From IMG/VR virus record IMGVR_UViG_3300036766_000639: 64,000 nucleotides of DNA; one strand, given 5' to 3'. Source of the stretch: an uncultured virus (IMG/VR IMGVR_UViG_3300036766_000639). Taxonomy: Duplodnaviria > Heunggongvirae > Uroviricota > Caudoviricetes. A program made the translations under genes and the position numbers. The stretch's first letter is position 1. Every line of letters begins with the position of its first letter. Below are positions 9,713 to 19,579 of this stretch, in pieces. The notes under the pieces were generated by a model. That model saw only the letters and a list, made by a program, of their open reading frames with translations. It was not told where the DNA came from and ran no database searches.

Positions 9713-9940
9713 CTACTCGCCCCCGTCGCCGAGGCCGACGGCAGCCGACCTTGGCGCGATCACGAATGGACGCGGCGGCTTCGCCAGCTTCTTCCAGGCC
9801 CGCGCAGTGCTCTTGGCGCTCTTGCGTACCTGGCTCATGGGCCGAGGACGCTTGGCTTTGGTGAAGGCACGCTTGATCTGGCTCCTGATCTTAGAGCGCA
9901 GACCCGCGGCTTCCTCTAACTCGTCAGCCAGTCCCATCAC
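9713..9940 (-). CDS. small basic protein
   Basis: Lys/Arg-rich with N-terminal LADELEEAAG. Confidence 0.5.
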   Translation of the reverse strand: MMGLADELEEAAGLRSKIRSQIKRAFTKAKRPRPMSQVRKSAKSTARAWKKLAKPPRPFVIAPRSAAVGLGDGGE

Positions 9941-10650
9941 GGCGCAACTGTATCACGACTCTTTCGGCGAGCTGACCTGGCAGCCGAGTGGTTTTTCCCT
10001 GGGCGCTTCCAGGCCGGGTAAGCCGCGCCGAAGCGGTCGTGGGTCGCTCCGGAGTGCTTGTAGACCACGTAGCCTCCGGTGGTCATCGCGAACGGCGACG
10101 ACAGCTTGCTCATGTAGTCAAACTTCGCGCCCTTCGCTGGCGTCGCATTGAACCAGTCCGGTAGGACGAAATTCGAGACTGACACGCGCTTGTCGCCGAG
10201 CTTGATCATGTACGAATCGCTCTCGACCGGGTCGCAAACCTCGATGGCGTAATCCGAGCCGTCGGCAGCGGTAGCCCAGAGATTCACGTAGGGGTCCACC
10301 ACCAGCTCCAGGACTTCGTGCGACAGCACGGCCGACACCGACAGCTCACCGGTGAGCATCGTCCCGCCAGCTTCGAGGACCGGCTTCACAAACACGCGCC
10401 CATAGGGACGACCAGCGGGGGTTTCGGTGTGCCAGCCGAGCGCCCCGGACTGATCGGCGTTGTCGAACAGGGCGATGATCCACGCGCTCGCGGGGACCTT
10501 GGTCTCGTCCTGGAAGAACTGCACCGAGCTGGGCGCGCGATTCCAGGCAGGGCAGGCGTGGAGCCCGAGCTGCGTGTTGCAAGCGGCAGTCATCAGGGCC
10601 GCATCAGCGGTCGATACCTTGGCAGACTTGTCGATTATGGCGATCAGCAT
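9937..10650 (-). CDS. putative zinc-dependent peptidase-like protein
   Basis: LGWH...SHEVLELVVDP...EVCDPVE...VSNFVLPxWF pattern. Confidence 0.6.
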   Translation of the reverse strand: MLIAIIDKSAKVSTADAALMTAACNTQLGLHACPAWNRAPSSVQFFQDETKVPASAWIIALFDNADQSGALGWHTETPAGRPYGRVFVKPVLEAGGTMLTGELSVSAVLSHEVLELVVDPYVNLWATAADGSDYAIEVCDPVESDSYMIKLGDKRVSVSNFVLPDWFNATPAKGAKFDYMSKLSSPFAMTTGGYVVYKHSGATHDRFGAAYPAWKRPGKNHSAARSARRKSRDTVAP

Positions 10651-10683
10651 GCGCCCGAGAATAAACCAACACTCGACCGGCGC

Positions 10684-11439
10684 CTACTTCTTGCTGCGCC
10701 TGCGCTTCGACTTTGGACGTGCCGCGACCCAGGCGACCCAGAAGTCCGTGCCGGGGCCGCTGGCATCGACATGAGCGACGATCTCATGACACTGCCCAAT
10801 CTCGAACAGCCCGATATGGGCATCGTCCTTGGCCAAGCCCATCACCTTCTGCATCCAGCTGTACGCGCCGCCGCGCGAGACGTGTTTCTCTTTCCACAGC
10901 CGGTCGAACACCTTGTGAGCCTCGTTGCGGGCGGCCTGGAGCACCTTGGGCCGCGGTAGCCCTCGGGGCGAGCCGTCGGCGTCCGCAGGCAGCGTTCCTT
11001 TGCAGGCGGGGTACTTTTCGCACCCGTAAAACCGGCGGTTGATCTTGTAGCTCACGCGCAGCATCAGCCGCCCGTCGCAGCCGGGTTCGGCGCAGATCAT
11101 CCCATGTACCTGGCCCTTCGGCTCCACGTCGCTCACGGGCCGCTCAGCCTTGGCGAACAGGCTGATTGAGCCGTCCTCCAGGACGGTCGGGGACGGCCTC
11201 GGCCTCGGTGGTGGTGGCGGCGGGACCTCGTGTGACAGCGTCCAGGACAGGCAGATGCCGTACTTGGTCTGGATCTCGCCCGTGCGCCTACAGGCGCCCA
11301 TCATTTCCTCACCATCGGGCTCGAACAGGCCGCACCCGGAACAGATCGGATCGGCCAGCCCCGCCTCGGCCGCGCGCGCGCGCAACAGACTGAGCGGCGT
11401 TGGGCGCTTGGGCAAGCCTCGCGAGTGATGCGCGATCAT
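10684..11439 (-). CDS. DUF3268-like zinc-finger protein with a topoisomerase-type C4 ribbon
   Basis: FYGCEKYPACKGT, RNEAHKVFDRLW, AYSWM and HIGLF motifs. Confidence 0.7.
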   Translation of the reverse strand: MIAHHSRGLPKRPTPLSLLRARAAEAGLADPICSGCGLFEPDGEEMMGACRRTGEIQTKYGICLSWTLSHEVPPPPPPRPRPSPTVLEDGSISLFAKAERPVSDVEPKGQVHGMICAEPGCDGRLMLRVSYKINRRFYGCEKYPACKGTLPADADGSPRGLPRPKVLQAARNEAHKVFDRLWKEKHVSRGGAYSWMQKVMGLAKDDAHIGLFEIGQCHEIVAHVDASGPGTDFWVAWVAARPKSKRRRSKK

Positions 11440-11726
11440 GCTTCGTCTTCTCCTCGCTTCAGCTCTTGCCGCAACTCTCGACAGGCGCCGCACTGCCCGC
11501 CTTCCATGCTGAAGTCAAAGTCCGGCAGCAGCCGACCGGTGCCGCCGCACGGATAGCAATCCTTCAGAACTTTCTCCGCGACCGTGCGCAGTTCGGCCAA
11601 TGCAGCCAAGGACGCGAACACCCGGCTCATTGTCTGCGCAGGCGGCGGCCCATGCATCTCGCTCGTAAGCATCTCGCGGATCTCGGCGTTCGTCAACGGA
11701 ACATACATCAGCGGTACTCTTGGCAT
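11436..11726 (-). CDS. hypothetical protein with CxxC pairs
   Basis: Coupled ORF with RBS AAGGAAG. Confidence 0.55.
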   Translation of the reverse strand: MPRVPLMYVPLTNAEIREMLTSEMHGPPPAQTMSRVFASLAALAELRTVAEKVLKDCYPCGGTGRLLPDFDFSMEGGQCGACRELRQELKRGEDEA

Positions 11727-11921
11727 GTCGATTCTTCCTTGCTCACGCTCTCACGGAAACGACGACATCCACATGCCGATGTTGATAAACCTTGAACGGC
11801 GTCCCCAGGCAGCATTCGCCGACGTCCCAAGCCGCGATGCCGTTTGAGGTCGCAGTTGAGAACCGCTCGACACGCGGAGTGCGTCGTCCGCAAATATCGC
11901 AAACGCAAACGACCACCATAG

Positions 11922-12422
11922 TCATGGGCCGCTCCACGGTTCCAACGGCGTAGTGTAAGCGAGCATCAGAGGGTGACGGGGCTGGCCGTTCTGCGTCGTA
12001 CCGAGGCACATCGGAGTGACGCCATTCGCAGCCGTCATTCCAAGAATCCTGGCCGACGTTTCGGCTCGCAGAGGCTTCGGCAGAGCATCTCCCCAACCCA
12101 GGACGACCAGACCATCGCCGTGCAGCCGGAGCGCCGCTGACAACGTGGCAAGGTTGTCGGGACCAAACGGATCTTCAGCGCTGAGCAGCGCCTTGGGATT
12201 CGTAGCTCGAAACGCATAGGCGTTCACAATCAGAAACTGCCCATAGCCCCAGGCGCGGGTGAAGCCACGGCACTTACGCACCGTAGGATCGTCCTTCTTG
12301 GCATCGGCCTTGCTGGGATTAGTCAGAACCCAAAGCACCGTGCCTGGCTTCTCGGGCGTGTCCGAGAGCACGCGCCGTAGCTCGTAGCGGTACACGCCGC
12401 ACTCACTGAGGATCGCGCTCAC
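11922..12422 (-). CDS. DUF1643 family protein
   Basis: SECGxYRYxL, NPSxADxxxDDPT, RATxP and PRHPL motifs. Confidence 0.85.
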   Translation of the reverse strand: MSAILSECGVYRYELRRVLSDTPEKPGTVLWVLTNPSKADAKKDDPTVRKCRGFTRAWGYGQFLIVNAYAFRATNPKALLSAEDPFGPDNLATLSAALRLHGDGLVVLGWGDALPKPLRAETSARILGMTAANGVTPMCLGTTQNGQPRHPLMLAYTTPLEPWSGP

Positions 12423-12679
12423 AGCCTATCTCCAGAGGGCAACGCCTCGATGATCTCATTACTGGACCCAGGCTTCAGCGCGATGGCCAAAAACTCCACA
12501 AGCGTAAGAGCCTCGCGTACGTCCAAGAACAGCTCCACCCTGGCCAACGGAGCTTGGTCGGTTGACGCTACACTGATCCTGACAAGCCCGCTGTCGGTAT
12601 GCGTCACCTTGACGGACCCACCATGCGTCAAAAAAAGCACGCGCGTTCCAAGCTCTGTCTCCATAGGTTCGAGCTTCAT
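12419..12679 (-). CDS. hypothetical protein
   Basis: Coupled ORF in an operon. Confidence 0.5.
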   Translation of the reverse strand: MKLEPMETELGTRVLFLTHGGSVKVTHTDSGLVRISVASTDQAPLARVELFLDVREALTLVEFLAIALKPGSSNEIIEALPSGDRL

Positions 12680-13002
12680 TTGACCGCGCCTCTCATGACA
12701 TTGATCGGCGCGAGCAACCTCTCGCGCGCCGTGTCGATGGCGGACGACAATCCGTGAACATAGTCGAGTTCGTAAGGCGAGCGCTCATGTGCATCGACGA
12801 TGCGATTCAGTTCCTCCCGCAACGCCTCGACCTCCGCGTCGCGAGACGCTGCGCTCGCGTCCCACCATTCACGCAACAGGACGCACTCGTAGAGCCGCAC
12901 GCCAACCCCATCGCCAACGCCGACACACAGGCCACGTTCGGCCATCACCGGATCGTGATCACAGTACGGACACGGGCCGGGGCGGGTGAGCGGGGCGGTC
13001 AT
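12676..13002 (-). CDS. hypothetical protein
   Basis: Coupled ORF; RPGPCPxCxxD motif also seen in 47162-47638. Confidence 0.55.
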   Translation of the reverse strand: MTAPLTRPGPCPYCDHDPVMAERGLCVGVGDGVGVRLYECVLLREWWDASAASRDAEVEALREELNRIVDAHERSPYELDYVHGLSSAIDTARERLLAPINVMRGAVK

Positions 13003-13499
13003 GGCCTGACCTCGCGAGCGAGCGCCAACAACGCTCTTTCGGCGGCGTCCATTTCCATCCGCTGATCCCCATCTTGACCAATCTCCGCCGCCTCGAAAGC
13101 GCTCACGGCCTCCGAGTACGCCACGACAGCCGCCTCGAACCGCTTCAGCCGCGCGTTCTCCGCTCGCTCTGCGCCCAGCCGCTCAAGCAACCAGCGCACG
13201 TCATCGCGAGCGTTGATCATGAATGCGTAGTTCGCTTCAAGCGAACCTTCGGGCCGGTTCTTGCTGGCGCCAACTCCGCGAAGGCGCAGCACGGCATCAA
13301 CGCCACCGCGCGCACCGTCGTCGAAGTCAGGCGCTGGCGTGCCGTCGCCGTAACATCCGGGAACATGCGCGTCTGCGACAGGGCTCCTGTCCGCGCCGTA
13401 GATGTAGATCGCGTACGGCTCAGGGTCGCCGGTCCACGGTCCGGGCGTTGCGGCCTGCTCGCGCAGCTTGATCGCGTTGATTCGATCGTCGCTGGTCAT
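12999..13499 (-). CDS. Ead/Ea22-like phage protein
   Basis: ATPGPW...ANxAFxxxARxDVxWLL followed by a coiled coil. Confidence 0.6.
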   Translation of the reverse strand: MTSDDRINAIKLREQAATPGPWTGDPEPYAIYIYGADRSPVADAHVPGCYGDGTPAPDFDDGARGGVDAVLRLRGVGASKNRPEGSLEANYAFMINARDDVRWLLERLGAERAENARLKRFEAAVVAYSEAVSAFEAAEIGQDGDQRMEMDAAERALLALAREVRP

Positions 13500-13710
13500 G
13501 AGTATTCCCCATCGAAGATGCACCGCGTCGTGACTTGTTTGCCACAAGTGGCGCATTCGATGACGTCTCGATCGGCGATCCCGTCGCAAGCAATCGTGCG
13601 CCACCAGTGCGCGCCGCGTTCGCACCGTCCGAGGACTTCTGCCGCGTGCAACGATTGATCGGTCGTGGCACGCCCACCGCTCTCTACCGCCGCCACCGCT
13701 TCGTTGTCGG

Positions 13711-14001
13711 TCATTGCAATGCTCCACGATTCGGCTCGCAACGGTCGCACATATAGCCGCAACCGCATCGGTAGTTGTGCCAGCTACCAGCGACACTCGT
13801 GATGCCATCCTGTCGCCGATCGAGTTGCTTGCTCAGGCGCTCGCCGCACTTCGGGCACTGTTGCGCGTCGAGGCAATCATGCTCGCGGCGCATCTCATCA
13901 CACGCGCGCGTCACTTCTGCGGCGTCCGGCATTGCATCCAAGGCGGCACGGTGCCACTCGGGAAATCGACAGACGTGCTCGTCGTCGGCAGCCTTTTTCA
14001 T
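13711..14001 (-). CDS. small zinc-ribbon protein
   Basis: CPKC...CGC; coupled ORF. Confidence 0.5.
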   Translation of the reverse strand: MKKAADDEHVCRFPEWHRAALDAMPDAAEVTRACDEMRREHDCLDAQQCPKCGERLSKQLDRRQDGITSVAGSWHNYRCGCGYMCDRCEPNRGALQ

Positions 14002-14622
14002 CTTAGCATCCTCGCAATTACTTCTCGCAGCGCGGCCTCGCGCAGATCGATTTCGTACTGCGGACGCGCGATGCCGTCCTCATCGAGCTGCACCGAGTCG
14101 CAGTCCAGGAAACCTGACAGCACCCCGACGCTCCACTCCTTGGCCCACTTCCGAGCATCACGCATGGTCATGGCTCGCGGCGCATGCGCAGCGGCATCCG
14201 GGTCATCGCCGCTTCGCCTCATGTCGATCTCGGCCTTCCGCAACCCGGATGCTCGCCAGGCGCAGCGTGCTGCTCGCACACGGGCTCGTCACACCACGAA
14301 CACTTGGCCAGGGCGTACGCACTCTTGAGGTGGTCGCGCTCTTTGGTGAGCTGCTCCAGCGACGCCTTCAGATAGTCTCGCTCGGACCGAAGTTGCACGG
14401 CCTCGGCGCGAATCTCGTAGTACATGCGCTCGGCCTCGGCCTGTGCGTCCAGTGCGCCACGCACAATCTGCGACTCGTCATTGGAGTAGCCATCAATCAC
14501 CGAGTTCGCTTCGACGAGTCCGGCGCGCAGCTGGTTGGACTCGTCGCGAGCGGTCGCGAGCGCGTCTCGCAGCCTTATGACTTCGACACGATGCCATTCA
14601 CACGCTTGGTCATGGCTCTCGG

Positions 14623-15444
14623 TCACGACACACGCTCGCTCACCGTGAACCCGGCCGCTGCGGCGTGCCCACCGCCGCCGAACTTCTTCGCAACCTCCGA
14701 CACGTCGAAGCCGTTGCGCGACCTCAGCGAGTAGTGAAACTTGCCGTCGGCGTTGAGCGACCAGCCCACCGCGAACGTGGCGTCCTCGGCGAGCTTGCCA
14801 ACGACCTCCGAGATTGCCGGAAACGGGGCGTTGACGACGGGGATGTCGTCGTGGCCTGCAAACGGTTGCCGGATGGCCTGGGCGGTCATCCTGGACACGT
14901 ACTGGTTGATGTACTGCAAGATAGCATCGCCGCGCGCGATCGACATATTCGCCCCGCCGCGCTGGAGATTCTCCCACACGTCGAAGCCGAACTCGTGAGA
15001 CGCCACGTAGGCGTTGACGGCCTTCGAGTCGGGCAAGGCGAACCGCCAGAGATCGCGATCCTCGACGTAGGCCACGAGCCACGGCGGGCTGGCCACGCCC
15101 CTGAAGTACCGCCAGGCGAGCCCGGCGCCAGACTGCTCCATGTCGAAGACGCAGAAGTCGAGGCCAGCACAGGCATCGCGCGCGGACTTGTGATGGTCAA
15201 GGACCAGGAACGATTTGGCCACCGCCTTGATCTGCAAGAGCTGCTCGCGACTGGTGCAGAAGTCCACCATGTAGACGACGCGGTCAGAGCAATCGGGCAG
15301 CTCCGTTGGCTGACCATCAGGCGGGTAGTACGCCGCGAAGAACTCGGGATGCTCGCCAAGCAACCTGAGCTGCTTATTGAACACCCAAGCCGCCGTGAAG
15401 CCGTCAGCACATCCGCCGTGATAGATGACCAGTGGTCCGCTCAT
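14623..15444 (-). CDS. DHH/DHHA1 phosphoesterase
   Basis: IYHxxCxDG, VDF, LDHH, DRDLW, SLRS and GGGGHAAAAGF motifs. Confidence 0.9.
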   Translation of the reverse strand: MSGPLVIYHGGCADGFTAAWVFNKQLRLLGEHPEFFAAYYPPDGQPTELPDCSDRVVYMVDFCTSREQLLQIKAVAKSFLVLDHHKSARDACAGLDFCVFDMEQSGAGLAWRYFRGVASPPWLVAYVEDRDLWRFALPDSKAVNAYVASHEFGFDVWENLQRGGANMSIARGDAILQYINQYVSRMTAQAIRQPFAGHDDIPVVNAPFPAISEVVGKLAEDATFAVGWSLNADGKFHYSLRSRNGFDVSEVAKKFGGGGHAAAAGFTVSERVS

Positions 15445-15466
15445 GATTTTTCTCCGCGCCCCTGCT

Positions 15467-15697
15467 TTAGCCCGCCGCTTCACGCTGACGAGCGCAAACC
15501 TTTGCTGCCAGTGCACGAAGCTGCACCGGCGTCACTTCGTAGAGCGTCATGCCTGGTGTCGGCGCCAGCAACCACGACTCGCTCGGGAAAGCATTGGCCG
15601 TAACCGGATCGCCGCCCATCGCGGCCTGAATCAGCACGCAAGCCGGGCGCATCAGCTCAATGTCGAATACGATCTTGTGATTCCCATCCATGTTCAA
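15467..15697 (-). CDS. small hypothetical protein
   Basis: In-operon ORF. Confidence 0.45.
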   Translation of the reverse strand: MNMDGNHKIVFDIELMRPACVLIQAAMGGDPVTANAFPSESWLLAPTPGMTLYEVTPVQLRALAAKVCARQREAAG

Positions 15698-15908
15698 CCG
15701 AATCTAATATGGGCGACAGCGTTGGTCAAGTAGCCGCTTTCGGAAACCAAACGGCCGTGTCGCGCCCATGCTGCTCACGAACCGGCGCGAAATCTTCTTT
15801 GGGTAATGACCCTGCCGATCCACGCTCTCGCCCAATGAAGGCAGACGACCGGGCTCGTCTGGAGCGCGTTGACGATCATGGCCAACTCGTCGGAACAGAA
15901 ATGCATGG

Positions 15909-16838
15909 CTAGCCTCCGCCCTTACTGGCGCGAGCGAGCGGCGCCTCCTCCGGCCCTGGACCGACAGGCAACGGCTTCCGAATGTCGAGGCCGGGACACC
16001 CGAGCTGCGCCGCCCGTGCAAGCTGCGACGCGAGCGCGCCGTAGAACATGTCCGGATCGATGCAGCTCAGGCCCGACTGCTGGCCATCATTCAGCTCGAC
16101 CACGATCCATTCGCCAGCGGCCGTGCGCGCGACGTCAACGACCCAAAACCTGACGTGCGGCGACACGCGCTCGATCACGGCGTCGAGGAAGTGCGACGGC
16201 ACCTCGGTATGGTCGTACTGACCGACCAAATCATCTGCGTTCGGCGACCAATAAAAGCCACCGGCCAGGAGCTGGCCATCGAGCACGAAGAACCGATACT
16301 CCTCGCTGATCGGCAACCCGTGAAGCCCCTCGTCGAGCTTCTTCAGTGGCACGTATTGCCTGGCGTAAATCTGCTGGGCGCCGACGTGGCCGTCGATGCT
16401 CAGACGGCAAAACACGTCCATGGCCTCGCGCTTGTCACGCGCGAACATGTGCGTGTCCCACTGAAACTTCTTGCTGTTGGTCTGGCCTTTGAGAACGAAC
16501 GGGCCACCGTCGTCAGGCAACTGATCCATGGCAAACCAGGTGCGCGGCGTCATGTCCCCGAGGTCGTAGTACCAGTTGCGCAAGTCGGCGACGTAGCAGT
16601 GCTGCTGGTGCGTGTTGATTGGTACCGAACCAAGAGTCGCGATGTCCTCGCACATCTCCTCGTTGTACGGCAGCGCGGCGTAGCGAGGAATCACCAGAGA
16701 GCCTCTGGGTACGGCGGTACGTCGCGTGACCACAGTGGAGCGCCGACACGCGGCCTCGTACTCGTCTTTGTCCATGCTGCGACGCCAGTAGATCACCGGC
16801 CTCAGAGCAGCCAACAGTTCTTCTTGTAGAGTAGGCAT
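15909..16838 (-). CDS. ATP-grasp protein (R2K clade, DUF4343-like)
   Basis: FVLKG, EYRFFVLDG and VVDVA...WIVVELNDGQQSG motifs. Confidence 0.8.
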   Translation of the reverse strand: MPTLQEELLAALRPVIYWRRSMDKDEYEAACRRSTVVTRRTAVPRGSLVIPRYAALPYNEEMCEDIATLGSVPINTHQQHCYVADLRNWYYDLGDMTPRTWFAMDQLPDDGGPFVLKGQTNSKKFQWDTHMFARDKREAMDVFCRLSIDGHVGAQQIYARQYVPLKKLDEGLHGLPISEEYRFFVLDGQLLAGGFYWSPNADDLVGQYDHTEVPSHFLDAVIERVSPHVRFWVVDVARTAAGEWIVVELNDGQQSGLSCIDPDMFYGALASQLARAAQLGCPGLDIRKPLPVGPGPEEAPLARASKGGG

Positions 16839-17118
16839 CAGCCCTTGTCTCCGATCCGCCACACGTAACACACGATATGATCAAGCTCTTTGTCACCAAC
16901 GGTTTCTACAAGGCGTGGGTCTGATTCTCGGATCATCTCCTCCCACTCGTAAGCGCTCATGTGGAGTGACTTGGCTCGTTGGGCGTCATCCACAAGAACC
17001 TCTCGACAAAAAGCTTTGGATTCCATGTCATTCATCTCAAGCGAAGATCACTAAACGCCCTACTGCGGCTTAGTCACCCGTCCTCGTCGAAGGCCAGGTC
17101 GGAAGTAGATGATTGGCT

Positions 17119-17532
17119 TCATGGACCCTTGCTGTTCACGAACGCCCACGCGATCTCGTAGGCTTCGGTTACGCCCTCGATCGCGTGGGCGTCACGGTTG
17201 ACCACGGAAAGGAGCTTGTCCACGGCTTCCTTCAGCCGACCGATCTCGGCCAAATCGACGCTCACGCCGATCCGAATCGTTGGCGGAACCCAGCCCTTGC
17301 TGGCAAGCAGGATCAGCGCCTGACCAACGCACTCGTCGCAGACTGCGCCGCGCTCGGAGAACGCTCCGGCAACCATGTGCCGGACCTCGGAAGCGGCCTT
17401 GCCGCACAACATGCACGCGGTATGCGCGGCGTCGAAGTCAAGGCCCGCGACCTCGGCCGCCGGACCCGAGGCCCGCTCCAGCGCGCAGACCTCGCAGATG
17501 CCGCACTCCATGTGCTCGCAGCGGTCGATCAC
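17119..17532 (-). CDS. protein with a ClpX-type C4 zinc finger
   Basis: CMLCGK...V..MVAG....AVCDECV. GTGA-coupled start. Confidence 0.6.
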   Translation of the reverse strand: MIDRCEHMECGICEVCALERASGPAAEVAGLDFDAAHTACMLCGKAASEVRHMVAGAFSERGAVCDECVGQALILLASKGWVPPTIRIGVSVDLAEIGRLKEAVDKLLSVVNRDAHAIEGVTEAYEIAWAFVNSKGP

Positions 17533-17870
17533 GGCTTGTCCCCAAGGACGCAGCGCGGATGGCCGTGCCCCGAATACATCGGAACCGATACGACCTCTCC
17601 GTCGCACAGGACGCGATCGCTGACGCCGCGCATAACATCGCGCCAACTATTGGTGATGCCACAGCGAGTCCCGAGCGCGCCGTGCGCCCCGCACCTCTCG
17701 CATCGCGACTCGGTAATTGTCGGGCATCCGACCGGCTCGCCAGCGGAAACGGAACGGCCGCAATGGCAGATCAGCCCACCCTCGAACACCGCTCCGCAGT
17801 TGCAGTAGACGGGCTCGGGTTGGCGCTGCTGGATGATCGGTTCGATGATGATGTCAGACGATCGGATCAC
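17529..17870 (-). CDS. Cys-rich hypothetical protein
   Basis: Multiple CxC/CxxC motifs; coupled ORF. Confidence 0.5.
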   Translation of the reverse strand: MIRSSDIIIEPIIQQRQPEPVYCNCGAVFEGGLICHCGRSVSAGEPVGCPTITESRCERCGAHGALGTRCGITNSWRDVMRGVSDRVLCDGEVVSVPMYSGHGHPRCVLGDKP

Positions 17871-18115
17871 GGATCCTCCGTATCGGGACAGGACGTGCAG
17901 TATATCAAGCGCCCTGCGTGTGTCAGATCATACCAAGTACACGCAAACACGCCCCGGTTCTCAAGCGACTCTTGCAACAACCCACGTTCCACGAGCGCCA
18001 GCACCAGCTTAGATTTTCGCTGGAACCGCCGACCTTCGATCTCCGCAGCGAACACCTGCTCCAAGATACGCAACTCGGCCTTGGTAGCCTTGGGCACTTG
18101 TACTACGTCGCTCAC
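17867..18115 (-). CDS. small winged-helix-like protein
   Basis: LVERGLL...YDLTHAGR pattern. Confidence 0.5.
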   Translation of the reverse strand: MSDVVQVPKATKAELRILEQVFAAEIEGRRFQRKSKLVLALVERGLLQESLENRGVFACTWYDLTHAGRLIYCTSCPDTEDP

Positions 18116-18873
18116 GACTTCTTACCGAACTCCGCCAGACCCATGTCGCGCACGGTGTTGGTCAGGATGGCCATGACCTGAGAGTCGATCCCAAAGCGTT
18201 TTTGGTTGATCTCAAGGCTGCGCATGATGTCCCCAGTATCGTGGCGCAAGGTGGCGGCCTTCCAATCAAGCAGCATCTCAAGCACGTCGATCAGGTTCAT
18301 CCCGCTGATGCCCTGCTCGAACCACTCCGGGTGATGCCTGTTGTTGGCGTAGTGGTTAGCCAGCGCAGGCCCCATGTCTTTCAGGAAGCCTTTGTACTCC
18401 TCACTGCCGTACACGCTGTTCTTGAGCTTCGGTGTGAACTCCACGAACGTCTTGCGCTCCAGGTCACCAAGCTTGGACTGGTCGTGAATCTCGCCGCGGC
18501 GCAGCAGCTCGCGCACGGCCATGTTGATCAGGTTGCGCACGACCTCGATGTGTTCGCGGGTATGATCGTTGGTCGCGTGTTCTTCAAGGGTCAGCTCTGG
18601 CTTTGGCGCAGCCTCGGCGGCGCCGACCCGCTCCTGCTTGAGGACCTCGCGATGCGGATGGCCTTCCGGCCAATCTTCAGGCTCGTTCCCCCAGAGCCGC
18701 CGAAGTCCACCGAGATTGCAGTCCGCGCACGACTCGCTAAACAAGAACGGCTGCCCGCTGCACGGCGATCCTCGATCGTCGAACCAGCGGTACCCGCTGC
18801 AAGTCGTGCATGACCCCGGCGGGGGCGTGAGCATCCTGACTGCTTCTGTCATCTCTATGCCGCCCTTCATCAC
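18112..18873 (-). CDS. DUF5662 (HD-like) protein with a Cys-rich N-terminus
   Basis: HDQSKL, HYANNRHHPE and MNLIDVLEMLLDW motifs. Confidence 0.75.
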   Translation of the reverse strand: MMKGGIEMTEAVRMLTPPPGSCTTCSGYRWFDDRGSPCSGQPFLFSESCADCNLGGLRRLWGNEPEDWPEGHPHREVLKQERVGAAEAAPKPELTLEEHATNDHTREHIEVVRNLINMAVRELLRRGEIHDQSKLGDLERKTFVEFTPKLKNSVYGSEEYKGFLKDMGPALANHYANNRHHPEWFEQGISGMNLIDVLEMLLDWKAATLRHDTGDIMRSLEINQKRFGIDSQVMAILTNTVRDMGLAEFGKKS

Positions 18874-19002
18874 CGGCGACGTCGCCGGATGTCTTTGCCG
18901 TTTTGCTACCGTTGTTATGGATTGTCAAGAGGATCGCGGCGAGCGCGAGCACTGGCCGCAAGACCGTCGCCAGTCCGAGTCGGACTGGGATAGGCTCCAG
19001 GC

Positions 19003-19491
19003 ATGCCGCTGAGCCAATCCACCCTCGCCGACGAACTGGCCGCCCTCGAACCTCAGCGCCTGGAGGTCTTGGCCGCCAAAAAGTTCGCCGCCGCCTTCAC
19101 CAACTACTTCGCTGGCTCGACCGTTGCTGGCATTCCCGCCAACGTGATCACGCTCCAGCCAGCTCGCCTGGTCCTGCAATCCAGCCTGACCGGCATGAGC
19201 GTGCCGGGGTCCGCGCCACTGATCATCCAACAGAGCATCATCGCGTTCTGGGGCACGATCATCCCGACCGCCATCACCGTCTGGCCCGGAGTGGTGCCGC
19301 CCGTGATCTCGGCCACGCCGCCGCCGGGGCTTGCGGCGATTTCGGCCGCCATCGTCGCCGCCGGGCTGGCCAACATCACGAGCAAGAGCCTCGCGGCCTC
19401 GGCGCGTGTTCTCGCCGCCGCCATCCACCCAACTCAGCTCGGCGGCATCGTGGCCGTCGGACCGCCGCCCGGAGTGGTGCCGATCCTCTGA
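19003..19491 (+). CDS. hypothetical Ala/Pro-rich protein, possibly structural
   Basis: 162-aa ORF with good GC3 codon bias. Confidence 0.55.
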   Translation: MPLSQSTLADELAALEPQRLEVLAAKKFAAAFTNYFAGSTVAGIPANVITLQPARLVLQSSLTGMSVPGSAPLIIQQSIIAFWGTIIPTAITVWPGVVPPVISATPPPGLAAISAAIVAAGLANITSKSLAASARVLAAAIHPTQLGGIVAVGPPPGVVPIL

Positions 19492-19527
19492 CTGCACGGA
19501 AGTTGCCTACATTGGGAACCCATAGTC

Positions 19528-19556
19528 TTGACCATCTCTCCTGATACGGTTATTAT
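19528..19556 (+). promoter_or_regulatory. promoter of PAPS-reductase paralogue 2
   Basis: TTGACC-atctctcctgatacggt-TATTAT, then GAAGGAG RBS. Confidence 0.75.
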
Positions 19557-19579
19557 GCTGTTGAAGGAGACAGCTGAGA

